Shown here piece by piece: positions 48,666 to 63,171 of a DNA stretch of 64,000 bases. The notes beneath the pieces are model-generated. The model had not been told where the DNA came from. It ran no database searches and worked only from the letters and a program-made list of their open reading frames with translations. Numbering within the stretch: position 1 is the stretch's first letter; each line of letters opens with the position of its first letter. The DNA comes from the human T2T-CHM13v2.0 reference genome, Homo sapiens: assembly GCF_009914755.1 (NCBI RefSeq), contig NC_060941.1. One strand, given 5' to 3'. The translations under genes and the position numbers were made by a program.

Positions 48666-49881
48666 AGGCCAGTTCTTTTGAACGTAATCTCTGTCGACCT
48701 GCTTTCTGATGCTTCTACCAATTTCACTTCCTTGAAATATAATACATCTTGATTTCTAATGGCAGCCCGATGCTCCCGAAAGACCACAGCCTTTGGAGTA
48801 AAACTAAGCTTTGCTGAAATCCTTGCTGCTTATATTACTGGCGGTGTGGTTTTGGACCAAATTTCTAAAATGAGGAAGATTTAATTTTCTCATGTGCCAT
48901 ATGAAGGTAATTAATACATCTTATGTAAGACTGTTTTAAGTGTTCAATTAAATGAGATTTTATATAAAGCTTGCAGTCTAGCGCCATATCCAAAGTGGTG
49001 ACCATTTTATTAATATTTGCCCTCCCTTTGGATCAGAGGCCTCCTAAACCCAGAGATTTATCACACGTCTTCTGGTTTTAGCCTGACTTTCTTTACCTTT
49101 CCGTGAAACAAATTCTTTTTACTTAAATTGCTCTGTTAGAAGGAGTTCTGAATCTTAAACTCCTTGTCAACTGTTGCACTGAGTTTATTAGTGGAATAAA
49201 TGTCTTCAGGCCCACTGCTGAAATGGATACCCTCTGCCTCCTAGCATGTCCAGTCCACTTTCTGGTGCAGTCTCTTTCCCTCATTCCTCATCCTTGTGAG
49301 CCAGCTCAGAAACTACAGCTTTATTAGAAGCAGAGCTAATGCCTCTGCTCTGAACTCTTTCCACTCAACATTCTTCACCAGGAATCCTTTCTCCATTCCT
49401 TCCTGGCCAGCTCCAGGGTACATTTCTTTTTTTTTTTTTTCCTAAGAAAACCTGCTGGCCTGTTTATTCTTATGGGGTCAACTCTCCTGGTGTCACATTC
49501 CCAATCTCTGGGAATAGTCTTGCTTGCAGAAGAGTGACAAAGACTATATTTTTGAGCAGTGTTGTGGAAAGGAAAGAACATTAACCAGACTTGGAGGTAG
49601 GAAATAGATGGGATTAGACTAGTCTTGCCCTTTATAAACACTGTCTGTTTTACAAGGCACTTTCTTTTTCCAGATTTGTTTTCTCAGTTTTCTACTGAAA
49701 GAGTAAATATTGGTGGTTTCTAATTTTCCTCTCAGTTCTGGCGGTCTCTGGATTATAAACCTAATTGAGTGCAAGCATTTAAAGAAATAAGAACAGTTGC
49801 CTTCCTCTTGTTGTTATAGTTGGGGTGCAAATAAAAGTTTAATGCAAGGATTTAAAGGATGGATTTTTAAGATTGAGGTAT

Positions 49882-50335
49882 TGAGGTAGGAGGTGGGACT
49901 CGACTTCAGACCAGCTTGAAGACTGGCTGAAACAGGGAAGAGGCACTGAAAGCTCTTCTCCATAAGACACGCCCACCAGTGCCATGACAGTTTGCTATTG
50001 CCGTGACAGCACCCGGAGGTTACTGCCCCTTTCCATGGCAATGACCTGGAAGTTACCTCCCCTTTTCTAGAAATTTCTGAGTAGCTTGCCCCTTAATTTG
50101 CATGTAATTAAAAGTGGATATAAATCTGACTGCAGAACTGCCCCTGAGGTGCTACTCTCAGTGCACTGCTTAAGGAGTATCCCTGCTCTGCAGGAGCAGT
50201 CACAGAGCTGGAGCACTGCCACCTCAATAAAGCTGTTTCCTTCTACCACCAGCTTGCTCTTGAATTCTTTCCTGAGCAACGCTAAGAATCTTCCCCAGCT
50301 AAACCCCAATTTGGTGACTTGCCTGCCCTGCAACA
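49882..50335 (+). mobile_element. MER66-family (ERV1) solo LTR, full length
   Basis: TG...CA termini (tgaggtaggaggtgggactcgac ... cctgcaaca), flanks ggtat/ggtaa, TATAAA at 50119, AATAAA at 50226. Confidence 0.8.
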
Positions 50336-50344
50336 GGTAAACCT

Positions 50345-51150
50345 AAATACTAAAATACATAAAGTGTATTAATCTTGTGTATATAACTTAATGGATTTTT
50401 CCTATCTATTCAACTATCCATCTCCCCCTTATCCAGCACCTAGAAAAAAAATAAAGAACGTTTCCATCACCCCATAAGTTTCCTTCATGTTCCTCTCCAG
50501 TCTAAATTTAACCCCCAGAGGTAGCTACTATTCTGACTTCTGTCATTATCAAATAGCTTGGCCTAATTTTTGTTTGCTTGTTTTTTGAGCTTCTTTCAAA
50601 AGAACTTTGGTCTTGGTCTTCATACAAATGAAGCCATGTGACATGCATTTTTTTGTGTGTTTGGCTTTCACTTAACGTTATATTAGTGAGAGTTACCCAT
50701 ATTGTTACATCTGTCACCAGTTCACACTTTTTGAAGTATTTCACATAATTTTTCACATAAGTATTTCACATAAGTATTTATGTGGTATATTGTAAATATG
50801 CCACAGCCTATTTATTCAATCACCATTTGATGGACATTCTGGCTATTTTCAATTCTTTTACTATTTTAAATAAAGCTGCAATAAATATTCTTGCACATGT
50901 CAATTGACGGACATATATTCATTTCTCCTGGGTAAATTTTTAGATTTGGAATTGCTGGAATATAGAATGGAAATATTTTATCTTCAGAACAAACTACCAA
51001 CAAGCTTTTCAAAGTGGTTTATCATTTTGCATTCCCACCAGCAGTGTATGAGAGTTCCAGTTGCTCCACATCCTCACCAACATTTGGTATTGCCAGTCTT
51101 TTTAATTTTAGCCATTCTGGTGAGTGTAAGGTGGTATTACATTACAGTTA
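50345..51150 (-). mobile_element. L1M 3' fragment
   Basis: ttttgcattcccaccagcagtgtatgagagttccagttgctccacatcctcaccaacatttggtatt. Confidence 0.85.
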
Positions 51151-51481
51151 AAAGTGTAGACTTTCTTGAAGCCATGAAAAATCTGTATTTGAGCCCTAGG
51201 TCTTCTATTCATGAGGTAAGTGAAGGGGAACAAGAAACCTAAACACTCTGAGACTCAAGTTTCCTCACCTATAATACAAAGGATATTCTTGACCACCTCA
51301 AGAAGTTTTCTGAAGATTAAATGAGGTAGTGATTACAAAGCAGAAGCTCTCGCTCATAAATACTTAGTATTAAATAATAACTATTATAGCTACTGTTATT
51401 ATCATTATTATTATTACTACTGCAATTGATACTATTCAGGTAAAGAAATCCCTTATTCTATTAAGGTTGTCCTACATATAA

Positions 51482-51812
<331 letters not shown>

Positions 51813-52385
51813 TAAAGTTATATTTTTATGTTATAAAGTTTTCTTAGACAGTTGACAGGAATTTAATAATATTGAGAGAAGTTCATTTAGTCCGTTAATC
51901 CATTGGCAACTATCAACAGATATATCCTATGTGCCCAGCACTGCTCTAGGTACAGGATATCCCTCTTGTGGAAGCTTTAAGAAGGGAGATGGACAATAAA
52001 CAATAACCAAGTAGGTGAACAAGATAGTTTTATAGAATGATACATGCCCTTGATGAAAATACAGTAATGTGATAGAGAATGTTGGGGAGCCTACAATAGA
52101 TTGGGTGATTAGAGAAAGTCTCTCTCAGGAGGCAAGCCTTACAATAAAAATCTAAATGATTAACAAGAATCTAGGTTTACAAACATCTGAGGACAGAGAG
52201 TTCCAGGAAGAGGGAACTGCAAGTGCAAAGGATGTAAGACAGGCATAAGCTGGGAATGCTAGAAAAACAGAAGGAATTTGCTATGGCTATAGGGAGCCAA
52301 GGGAAAAGTGGTGTGAGGGAGGGAAGCTGGCAGGGCCATGGTGTGTAATGTCCTGTAGATTATTTTACATTTGTATATATGTATA

Positions 52386-52663
52386 TTTTTGAGACAAGAT
52401 CTCATTCTGTTACCCAGGGTGGAGTGCAGTGACAGGATCTTGGCTCACTGCAACCTCCACCTCCCGGGCTCAGGTGATCCTCCCACCTAAGCCTCCTGAG
52501 TAGCTGGGACTACAGGCACATGCCACCATGCCCAGCTAATTTTTTGTAGAGGTGGGGTTTCGCCTTGTTGCCCAGGCAGGTCTCAAGTGCCTGAGCTCAA
52601 GTGATCTGCTTGCCTTGGCCTCAGAAAGTGCTGGGATTACAGGCATGAGCCACTGTGCCCAGC
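52386..52663 (-). mobile_element. Alu (AluJb)
   Basis: gggctcaggtgatcctcccacc; cctgagctcaagtgatc; TSD tacatttgtat. Confidence 0.92.
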
Positions 52664-53070
52664 TACATTTGTATGTTAAGTGTAATATGACGCCTTGGAA
52701 GATTTTAAGGAGAGGCATAGAATGAGCAGATGTCTATTTTTAGGAGAAGACTTTTCTGTGTGTTATGCAGAGAATCTAGAGAGTCGATGGAAGTGGGTAA
52801 GGAGTGGAAGCAGGAAGCTCAGTCCTCCTGCTGTAGCAGGTCAGATGAGGGATGGTGGCAGCACTCCTGGGAGGTGGCAGGACAGATGGAGAAGAGTGGG
52901 TGGATGTGAAATGAAGCTTGCAAATCGTCCTGATGGGCCTTGCTGATGATAGGGAGGAGAAGATGAAGAGAGGAATAAAGGCTCTAGAACAGAGGAAGCA
53001 ATGACAAGAAAGACTGGAGGAGAAATGGTGTATGTGGAGGGTTGCAGGAATAAAGTTTTCTTTTGGCCAT

Positions 53071-53225
53071 TGTCATGGGTTAAATTTTGCCCCCATAAAA
53101 GATATGTTGAAGTCCGAATTGCTGAACCTTACTTGAGATCAGGATTTTGGCAGATATAATCAAATTAAGATGAGGTCATACTGAATTAGGTTGGACTTTA
53201 ATCCATATGATAAGGATTTATGGTG
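53071..53225 (+). mobile_element. MLT1A-D-type LTR 5' fragment
   Basis: tgtcatgggttaaattttgcccccataaaagatatgttgaagtcc...gatataatcaaattaagatgaggtcatactg. Confidence 0.7.
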
Positions 53226-54855
53226 ATAAGAAGAACGGAAAGGAGAGATGGACAGACAGACCTACAGGATGGGCAAGAGGGAATTGAGGACAAACTGTGA
53301 GGCAAAGAAAGTTACTATCAGCAACTCTTTTGACATTTCATAGAGAAGGACAGTGGAGAAATGGGACGGTGACTTGGCTGGGGGAATGGGGTGAAGGGAG
53401 AATAGAACATGTAAAGTCATAAGAGTTGAGAAGTTTCAGTATGAATGAGCCCATTGAGGGAGAGAAATTGATGACTGAGGAGGAGAGGGAGAATTTCAGG
53501 AGCTAAGTCCTTGAGATGATGAAAAGGGATAGGCCATGCTTGGAACAAGGACATTGGACTCACTTTCATAGCAGGGAGGACAGAGAAAGGGGATGGCTGT
53601 AAATTCCCTGTGAACAACAGAGTTCCTTTCCGATGAGGCAAGGTCATGAGTTGAAGGGCACAGAGAACAGGGAACACTGGAGGTTTCAGGAACAGCAGAA
53701 ACTATAAAAAACATTTGGGAATTGGAAGAACCAACATTCCAGGGAAGGAAAGCACAATTCCCAAGAGGTGAGGGGCCCTTTGAAACTTGTGGTTCTCAAT
53801 TCTAAGAGACCCTGGGCAGTCACAGTGATATTGGTGAACACACCCCAGGTGCTGTTCTAAGCCCTTTACATCTAAAGTCCCACATCTACTAGATGTAGCT
53901 GGTGGGCTCTCACCACTGGCGGTTTTGCTGAGTGAATGCATGGAATGAGATGGAGGCTGAGGATGCTGAGGATGGACCATGCCAACACAACTGGATAAGG
54001 AGGCAAGGAAGGCTCAGGGTATAACAGTCTGCAAATGAAATCACCTTCCTACTGGGCATTACAGTCTGAAAAATAGTTTAGCCCCTCAAATTTTCTCCCT
54101 CTCCAATTGTTTATTTTGCTCTGGGTTGGAAAGTTCTCTCTTAGGTGCTTGGGAAGAGGTGTGGTCCCTTGAGCAGATGCTGGCCGGACAGCTCCCCCAC
54201 CTAGAGTGCTTATAGTTCCATCATCTTCCCAAAGTTGAATTAATCTAACCCCAAGTCACTCACATGACCCACTTTTCCAAAGAATCAAGAGACAATAGAT
54301 GACAAAATCCCACAAGACGCTCTATACACGTGACTACATTTGGACAATACAGTACAAGACTCGGTGTGTCCAAGCAAATTCTGTCTCAGAGCCAAGGACA
54401 TGGTCCAACCCACACAAACATGAAATTTCCCAGCATGTCAGGAGCAAGACAGGGATCACAGAATCACAGAGGAACCAGTGCAGGCAGGTGTGAGATGGAG
54501 CGCTTCCTTTTGGAGGTGAGATGAGCTGACGTGTTTTCTCCTACTAATCTTAATTAGCGGGTCTGTTTTTTCCAAAGCACATTCAGGAGAATCGCAGTGA
54601 GTGCCCTAAACCATGACATTACCAGCATGAAAACTGATACTCTCCCAGAAGTATGGGGTAGAGAAGAGTCCTTCCTGGAGCTTTGAATAATTTTGGACTT
54701 AAGACTCTTCCTTGACTTTCTCCCTGGAATATTTTGAAATATTCAGTATACTTGAGTTTTGCTCTTCTAGTAGTAATGGTAGTAGTACTAGTAATGATAG
54801 TAACTATTTATCAAATAACTGTAAGGGGCACTGTGCTTTATATGAATTGTTGGGG

Positions 54856-55179
54856 TTTTTTGTTTTTCGTTTGTTCGGTTATTTATTTATTTATTTTTTG
54901 AGACAGAGTCTTGCTCTGTCGCCCAGGCTGGAGTGCAGTGGCACAGTCTTGACTCACTGCAACCTCTGCCTCCCAGGTTCAAGTGATTCTCCTGCCTCAG
55001 CCTCCTGAGTAGCTGGGATTATAGGTGCGTGCCACCATGCCCAGCTAATTTTTGTATTTTTAGTAGAGACAGGGTTTCACTATGTTGGTCAGGCTGGTCT
55101 CGAACTCCTGACTTCGTGATCCGCCCACCTCAGCCTCCCAAAGTGCTGGGATTACAGGCATGGGCCACCGAACCCGGCC
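54856..55179 (-). mobile_element. Alu (AluSg/Sx-like)
   Basis: Full antisense dimer; TSD gaatt(g/a)ttg. Confidence 0.95.
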
Positions 55180-57889
55180 GAATTATTGTACTTAATTTAG
55201 TCTTCATCCCTTCCTCATGAGCGAGGCACCATTCCCATTTTACAGATGAAGATAATTTAGAAAGCATGAATGGTTCATCCAGAGCCACACAGCTAGTCCC
55301 AGAACCAGAAAGACTTATTGGAAGTCTATGCTTTTATCGCCTCTATGTTACTGAGATATGCCTAGGGCCATTTGGCACTTCAGGCTTAGCTTTTTTTGCA
55401 AGTATGGTGGAATGAAAGGAACTCCCAGCATAGAAAGACAGGGAATTTAGAGTCCATCCTAAATCACAGCTTAGTCACTTTGTGACTTTGTGTAATTATT
55501 TAACCTCTCTGAGACTTAACTCTTTTGGCAAATAGAGAATGTCAATATTTTCTTCACACATTTTCCTCTAGATGTTAAAAGGCATTCATCACCAATGTCT
55601 CAGTCCAAAGGCACATGATAAAATTATCTAAGACGGTGGCAGTTTCTCAGGATCATTTAGTTAAAACTCATTCATTTGGATTCACTCATAGGACGCTCAG
55701 TGTTTTTGCAGAATGTGAGAAGAAGTCAAGAAACAGAGAGGAAAGCAGGTCTCAGTTGCCCCATGGGCTAACACACCATGCATCTGCAGGGTGACAAGAG
55801 GAAACTGACAATTCCTTCATTTCTTAATAGAGCCATGAGGTCTAACCTGTATTCTCATAAGATGCTGGGTGCAAAGAAAGAGTTGTTCCTCCCTGCAGAG
55901 CACCACATCGTTTGCCTCTTCTGCCCGGCTCTTTTCAGGGTTTGTCTTGGCCAGGGTCCTGCTTATGACAATGCAACAGCTCTGGGATGCTGACCAGTCA
56001 GAGACAAGAATTTGGTTAAGCTCTGGGCATCTTTCCAAGGGGATTACAGCCAGCATATCTGAGGAGAAAATAAATGGCGCGCTGGGGTCCCCTGAAATAG
56101 AACTCAGCCTTTTGCGTTGTTTTCTCAGACTGTGGGCTGCTAGGCACATTGAATGTGCCCAGGGCTGGGAAATCAAAGACACTGACTTTAGTCCCCACTT
56201 AACAGTCAACACCTCCATGACCTTGCACTGTTTACTATCCTTCCCTAGCTCCAGTTTCCTCATTAGCAAATAGAGGGGCGAGAAAAGGTGACCTTGAAGA
56301 CTCTTTCTGTTGCAACATTCTCTGACTTTATCTTGATGGCAGGGAGTAAGCAGAGGGTTTAGCCCCTCTAAAACCTCTTAAGATCACCACCATCAAGCAC
56401 TCCTCTCCCTCATCCCTGTGGCAAATAGTTAGGATACATGAGAGGTATGGTTTTCAAACACTGTATTTTTAGCCATGTAACTTTCTTAAGATAATATCTT
56501 ACCTGAAAGCCTATATAATATACAGGAGACCCCATAGTGGAGCTCCTCAATTACAACGGGTGAGTTGACCTACAGTTTGCCCTTGACCCTCCCCTTCTTT
56601 GCTCTTGGTCTCAGCTGGAGACGTCCATGGATCCCATATTTACGTTTTTGTTTGTTTCTTTGTTTTTGGTTTCAAACACAAAGCACCAGTTTAAAAACAA
56701 AATCCAAACCAACAAAATGATGATTTGGGGGACATTTAGTTGAATCGAAAGAGGTTCGCTTACGAACTGCTTTCGGGAGGATCCACCCACTCTTTGGATG
56801 GCTATCAAGCTGCATTCTAGGTTCTTAGTCCCCACCCCATCTTGCCTGTGCTCCTCAAGCTTCCGTATCTGATGAGATCTTCTGCTTTCTCTTAGGGCAG
56901 ATGACAGGATGAAAGCACCATCTTGGAAGTCAAGAGTATGCGTTTCTGTTTCCAAGACTATCTGCCTTTGTGACCTTGAGAATGCCACTACTCACCCTCT
57001 TTGGGTTTATACTTCTTTAGTCCAGTGAGAGTGTTGGGTAAGGTGGTCCCTGAATGGTTCTGACAAGCTGGGATGGTTTATCCTGAGCCTTCCCATCTGT
57101 GGACACCTTGCATTCACCTGATGGGCTAGGCACTTAGCAATGGTCCCCTTTGTTTCCGCCAGCAGCAGTGTAGGCAGAGGGAAGACAACCAGAGAGGAGA
57201 TCTTTGGGGTGCCCAGAGTATTTGCCAACAGCTCTTCTAACTCTGCACAGACTCTGGAGGACACAGTCTTCATGGGCTTATGTGAGCAAGCACTAGAATT
57301 GTCACATGAAATAACACATCCCCAGTTGCTGCTCTCTGGAGATTTTTGCACTAGCTAGTGTCAGTGCAATCTCCAGTTAGACCTGGCCTGCCCCAGTTTA
57401 CCTCGGTAAGAGCAAGCTCAGAAGCTGCCTTGTTAGTTCAGCAAAAAGTTAATGCAGAGAGGAGCACAGGTCTCCTGGCTCCCAGCCCCCTTCTCATTGT
57501 ATAGTCAGGGTTGTGTATTCTTGGGAACTGGAAGGAGCCCTGGGGCTTCCTCAGGGAAGGAGCCCTCAGGCCAGAGAGCAAACCCCGGGCTCTCTCCAGC
57601 TCCCTTTTCCCTTGACTCTTTATGGCCTGAGGTCAGCTTGAGGCACATGCAAGGTAAGAGGACCCCAGGGAGGTACATGGGAAAGAGGAAAACTGTGGTC
57701 TTAATGCAAAGAGCAACTCCCATTTATTGAGGGCTTATTTGTGCAGAGTATTAGACGAAGCACTTTATACACAGAATCTCATTTAATCCTCACTGCCCTC
57801 CTGTGAGGTTAGGTATTAGTATCTGTGTTTGATAAATGCCTTGTCATTTACACATGGAAAAGTGGCCCCTCTCGTTTCCTGGCCCTTGT

Positions 57890-60740
57890 ACTTCTTTTTA
57901 TAAAATAACGTTATTAGGTTTTTGTTGTTGTTGTTTTCAAATTAAAAAGTACAGAGAAAAACAACAAAAAAAAATGGCCCATGAGCCCACTTTATAATCC
58001 CAGATAAACTCTAAATATTACAAAAATTAAAATAACACGTTTAGAATATTCAAAAATTAAAGAAAATAATAAAAATCAAAGGCAAATGCCTCCCTCCCAT
58101 CAGCCCCACCCCTCTCCTCAAAGGAAAGAAAGTTTTAATAGATTGTGTTCATGATTATTTCCAGAAAAAAATTATTGTTGGTATAAATCATCATACCTGG
58201 AATGGACCTATAGATATTTCCTTTGTATGTTTTCTTTTTATTGTTATTTATATAAAAGAAGTCATACATAAGCATTGCTCTGGGTCTTGCTTTTTTGTTG
58301 TTGTTTTTTCAACTTTCTGTATCTTGGAAACCTTCCTACCAGCACATACAGCTCTGCCTCCTTCTTTTTAACAGCTGCATAGTATTCCATCATGGATGTT
58401 GGATTCCAGTTTATTAAGTTCCTCACTGGCAGAAACTATTTGCAATGAATCCTGCACTGTCTAGCCTGGTTGAGATATTATGGAAAATTTTGAGGGCATG
58501 TATGTAAGGTAAATTTCTAGCAGCAGGAAAATAGGTCAAAGGCATGCCCTTCAAATTGGCACTACTGATTTTCACTCCCACCAGTGGGAATGAGGTGCCC
58601 ATTCTCCTGGCACTGGGTATCATCAGATTCTTCAGTTTTGCCAAACTGATTGGTTTTCTAAAAAGGTATCTTATATTTTGCTTTGTGTTTTCTTAATTGG
58701 GAGTTAAGGTTAATCATATTTTTAAATATCCATTAGCCTTTTAAAACATTTTCTTTCCGTGTGTAGTGGGGTACTACCTATTGCTTTTCTTTTTTTTTCA
58801 GTTTTTGTATATTTTTAATGTGTTTTTTCTAGTTATTATTTGTTCGTTTGTTTGTACCTGTGTGCCTTTTCATTATTGACATGCTGGAGTTTTTTGTAAA
58901 CAAAGGGAAAAGGCCTTTATCTCATGTATTGAAAGTGTGTCACTGGGGTATAATATGTGTTTTATCTTTTGTCTGTGGTATATTTTTCCGTAGAGAGTTT
59001 CAGCCGTGCATGGTTGTACAGAAGGGCCTAAGCACCATTCAAGCTCCCTCTCAGCTTGTCAGAGGCCAGCTCTGTGCCTGTTCTGAGGGCACATAATGCA
59101 TTTCAAGCAGGCTCTAAAGATGGAGAATTGCTCCCCCACCCCTCAAGCTACTTTCGGTTTTATTTCATGACCACAGTGTACTTTTATTACCCTGTTTTTA
59201 CACCAGATTTTCTGGGGCAACTCCAGTATCATTTAACTTTATTTCTGTCAATAAAGATAACTCGTTAAATGCTTAAAAATGTGTAATCTAGTTTGCCAAT
59301 CTTTTCTTAATGAATTTGGGATTTGTGTACTGCTTGAAGATTACAGATAAATACATTCATGTTTTTAGAAATTCTAGAGTTTTTTTTTCTTTCTTGGCGG
59401 ATTTTTTCATCAGGTCTATTTTAATTCTCCCATCTATGGTGACTCGTGGGTATTTTAGTCCCTGAGTTCTTAAAACTGGACACTCTTTGTGGCCTTTATT
59501 CTTAAAGGATAATTTGGCAATGAATAAAACCCTCAGGTAACAGCCACTTAACCAAAAGCCGCCAATCAGTCTATCCATCTGTCTATCCATCTATCCATCC
59601 ATCATTTATCTAGATTATAAACAAATAAAACAAAAAATTGTTTAATTGTCAAGCAAGTCTCCAGCTACCCAGCATAGGAAATGAAACAGAGAAGTACCTT
59701 TTATACTTTTTCTCAATTACATTTTTCTTCTTACCTACAGAATTATCTGTTATATTAAAATCTCTATCATTTCAATGAATTTCTTTGTATCTGTATAATA
59801 CTACATATGCACGCATCCTCAAACAACATAATGTGTTATGTTGCATATTTTAAAACTCTCTCTGTGTCATGTCATCCTGCTTTTCTTGTTTGCTTTGTGC
59901 ATTCATCATTATGACTGAGAACCATCCATGCTGATATTTAGAGCTCTGGTTCATTTAATTTCATTACATTTCATTTGTACTGTATAAGAATACATTGTGT
60001 GAGTACACCACTATTTATGACTTTTCTCTGGCTGGGAAGATAGATTCTTTTCCCTAATTGTCGGTATTACAAACAATATTGCAGTGAACATGCTGGTGCC
60101 TATCTCCTTATGCACGTGTGAGGATTTATCTAGGTTATATACCTAGAAGTAGAGTGGCCAGTTTCCTGCTATATCCACATTCAACTTTATTAGCCATTGC
60201 CAAAGTTCTTTTCAAAGGAGTTGAACCGATTTACACTCCCAGAAAGGTACATGAGTTCTTGTTTCTGCTTATTCATGTCAGTAGGCTCAGGCATTTTAAT
60301 TTTTGCTAGTCTATTGAGTGTGAAGTGATACCTCATTATGGTTTTAATTTGAATTTCCCTATTACTTGTGAGGTTGAACACTACTTTATGTGTATTTGCC
60401 CTTTGGGTTTTCTCTCCTTTGAGTCGCCTATGCATTTCTTTTCCCTATTTTTTTAATTGGGTTGTTTACTTTCTTATTAATGTGAAGTTATTTACGTGCT
60501 CTAGAAAGTAATGTAAATATACATTTTTAGTCTTTGACTTGTAGTTTCATGACTGCTTTTGATGTACCACAGTTTAAAATTTTTTTTTGTTTTCTCTCTA
60601 GTTTTTGACTTGAGTCTTGTTTAAAAATTCTTACTCTGAGATCATTAACATATTCTCTCTGATTCTTATGTGACAGTTTTTAGTGTGTGATTTTTTTTTG
60701 TATTTAGCTTCTTAGTCCTTGACTTGATTTCTGTGTATGT
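57890..60740 (-). mobile_element. Fragmented old L1ME-like sequence
   Basis: cagctgcatagtattccatcatggatg; atacctagaagtagagtggcc; gtgatacctcattatggttttaatttgaatttccc. Interrupted by unique stretches. Confidence 0.7.
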
Positions 60741-60929
60741 GTTTTTGTGTATATTTGCATGTATGTTTATGTTTGTATATTTTTCCCCTATTTAGTGAAA
60801 AGTCTGGACTTTTTTGTGAAGAAAGCTTTTCTATTCTCCTTTCTTTTCATTATTTTCAGTGAATTTTTAGGTAGAGGAATGGAATCAAAACATCTTCATT
60901 CAAAAATAATAGCAAGCTCTTATCCTAAA

Positions 60930-61097
60930 TAATACTAGTAGCCCTTAAATAGTAATAGTACTAGCACTTAATACTAGTACTTAAATAGTAGTAATAGTAG
61001 TACTTAAGTAATACTAGTACTACTGTTCTAAATGCTTTGTGTATTCATATTATATATAACACATATATAATTCATATTATATGTAACATATATAATA
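60930..61097. repeat. AT-rich low-complexity tract with short palindromes and a ~27-bp near-tandem duplication
   Basis: Repeated tactagta/agtact motifs; attcatattatat(a/g)taaca occurs twice. Confidence 0.8.
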
Positions 61098-62536
61098 TGA
61101 AATGGGCGTCATCATTGTTTTCATTTCGCATTTGAGGACACAGACACACAGAGGTTTGAATCTTGTCAGTCATTTCCAGATAAGAGTGTCCCTCCACCAG
61201 TATACTGTCCCACCTCTACAAAAATGAAGGGGTCAAAATTCTTAAAAACGTTGCTGCACTTTCTGTAGGTTTTGTGTTTTATGATGTTGGCTTGAGTGTT
61301 CTCCTTTATTTTTTAAAATGGCATTTCACCAGGGTATATCTAGATATCGGTCCCTTTTAATGCATAATCTGGTACTTGATTATTTCTTTTGATCGAAAGA
61401 CTAAAGTCTTCCAATCTGTTCAGAAAAAAAGAAAAACTATTAACTTGTAATTATTGCTTCTGAACTCTCCCTTTTGTCTCTCCTCTGGGAGTCTTATTTT
61501 AAATAGATATGACTCCTGAAGTTGTCCTCTGTGCCCTGTCTTTTCTCCCACAGTTTTTATCTCTTTGTCCTTCCCCTCTGAGTACCCAGTGCCTTTCTCT
61601 CATTGGACTCTCCTTTATCAGCTTCCTTGTGTATCCGTTCTCTAGTCCAGATCTGCAACCCGAGGCAAACTGTCCTGATCAGTTTGTTTCCCCCTTATGG
61701 CTGTTGGTCTAATCTCACAGATGCAAAATTCTGTTAAGTCTTTACAGAGATCACCATTTGGATATTATCTCATTTTTTTCCCTCCTTTCCTTACAGCAAA
61801 TCTGTTTCACAGAGAAACTTTCCCTCCACTTGCTTTCTTATCAGAGTCAGCCGTATCACACACTCCAGGAGCCCAGCCATGGTCCTCTCTTTAGCTTGAA
61901 TCTGCCTCCTGCCTGGGGACAGTTGTCCGTTGGTGCTGTCTCTAGGACTTCTGAATTGTGCTGAGATTTGGGAAAGGCATGGAGTTCTGACGGGAGGTCG
62001 AGGCAGCCTGAGCAGCGACTGAGCTAAAATAAAATCTTTGTTGCTTTAGGGAGGGTTGTCAGTGGTGAAGGTGAGGGGGCAGTGGCAGAACTGGAGGTAT
62101 AGACATCACCAGGATGCTGATTTGCACCATTCAGTTCAGCAGGTGGTGGAAGGCATGCTCTGAAACCTGAAACCATCCTGGTCCCTGGCTGTGGACTGTG
62201 TGTCTGTCCGTCCTGTGACATGGAAGTGCTTATGCTTCACGGAACTTTGGCTTAACTTCTGTTCAGAGCTCTGCTGGATATACATGGTTGTTTCTCTTGA
62301 ACTGCAATTTGGTCAAAGTTTGCCCTCTTTTGTCCTCTTACCCTGATAAGTGGCAGATGGGCAGAGACTGCAGGACAAGGAAGGGGGTGGTTCTTTGTGT
62401 TACAGCTAACAAATCCTATGATACCCACTCATATAATCATGAGTTCATATCATCAACCCATTAACTCTATGCATCACCAAGGAAAAGAAGAGGCACTGAC
62501 TCCCCTCTCTTCTGTCTGCCTGCATGGGGCTTCATG

Positions 62537-62847
62537 TTTTTTTTTGTTTGTTTTTTTTTTTTGAGACGTCTCGCTCTGTTGCCCGGCCTGGAGTACAGTG
62601 GCGCGATCTGAGCTCACTGCAACCTCCACCTCCCAGGTTCAAGCAGTTCTCCTGCCTCAGGCCTCAGCTTCCCGAGTAGCTGGGACTACAGGCCTGTGCC
62701 ACCACACTTGGCTCATTTTTTGTATTTTTAGTAAAGACGGGGTTTTGCCATGTTAGCCAGGATGGTCTCGATCTCCTGACCTCATGATCCACCCACCTCG
62801 GCCTTCCAAAGTGCTGGGATTACAGACGTGAGCCACTGCGCCCGGCC
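62537..62847 (-). mobile_element. Alu (AluSc-like)
   Basis: Full antisense dimer; TSD tggggcttc. Confidence 0.95.
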
Positions 62848-62988
62848 TGGGGCTTCCCTTTTAACCAGCCCTTCTTCTCTTCATGCCTCCCTGGTTCATA
62901 TTAAACTTTGGAGGCTACAGAGAATGCAGATCATTCTAGACCTTGACCCTGGGTCCAGCAGAAGACTGACCTATCACTGGTCCAAACA

Positions 62989-63171
62989 TAGTGGTTCATG
63001 AAGAGTTGTCCTTGGACCTAAGAGCATTATTAGCATCATCTGGGAACTTGTTAGGAATGGAAATTGTCAGGCCTCTCCTCTGACCTACTAAATCCGGGAT
63101 TCTGGAGCCGGGACCCTGCGATCTGTGCCATCCAAGAGAGTGTGGTGCACGCTCAACTTTGAGAACCACAG
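62989..63171 (+). mobile_element. MER5A
   Basis: agcatcatctgggaacttgttaggaatggaaattgtcaggcc...ctttgagaaccac. Confidence 0.8.

Larger units (their letters stand above)
51890..53700 (-). mobile_element. L2 fragments interrupted by an AluJ and an MLT1 piece
   Basis: ctatgtgcccagcactgctctaggtacag; ttccaggaagagggaactgcaagtgcaaagg; ggaagattttaaggagagg. Confidence 0.7.

Noticed and set aside
55817-57730. Cluster of overlapping 90-150-aa ORFs on both strands
   Set aside because: No recognisable protein family, partly MIR-derived, and no consistent exon structure.
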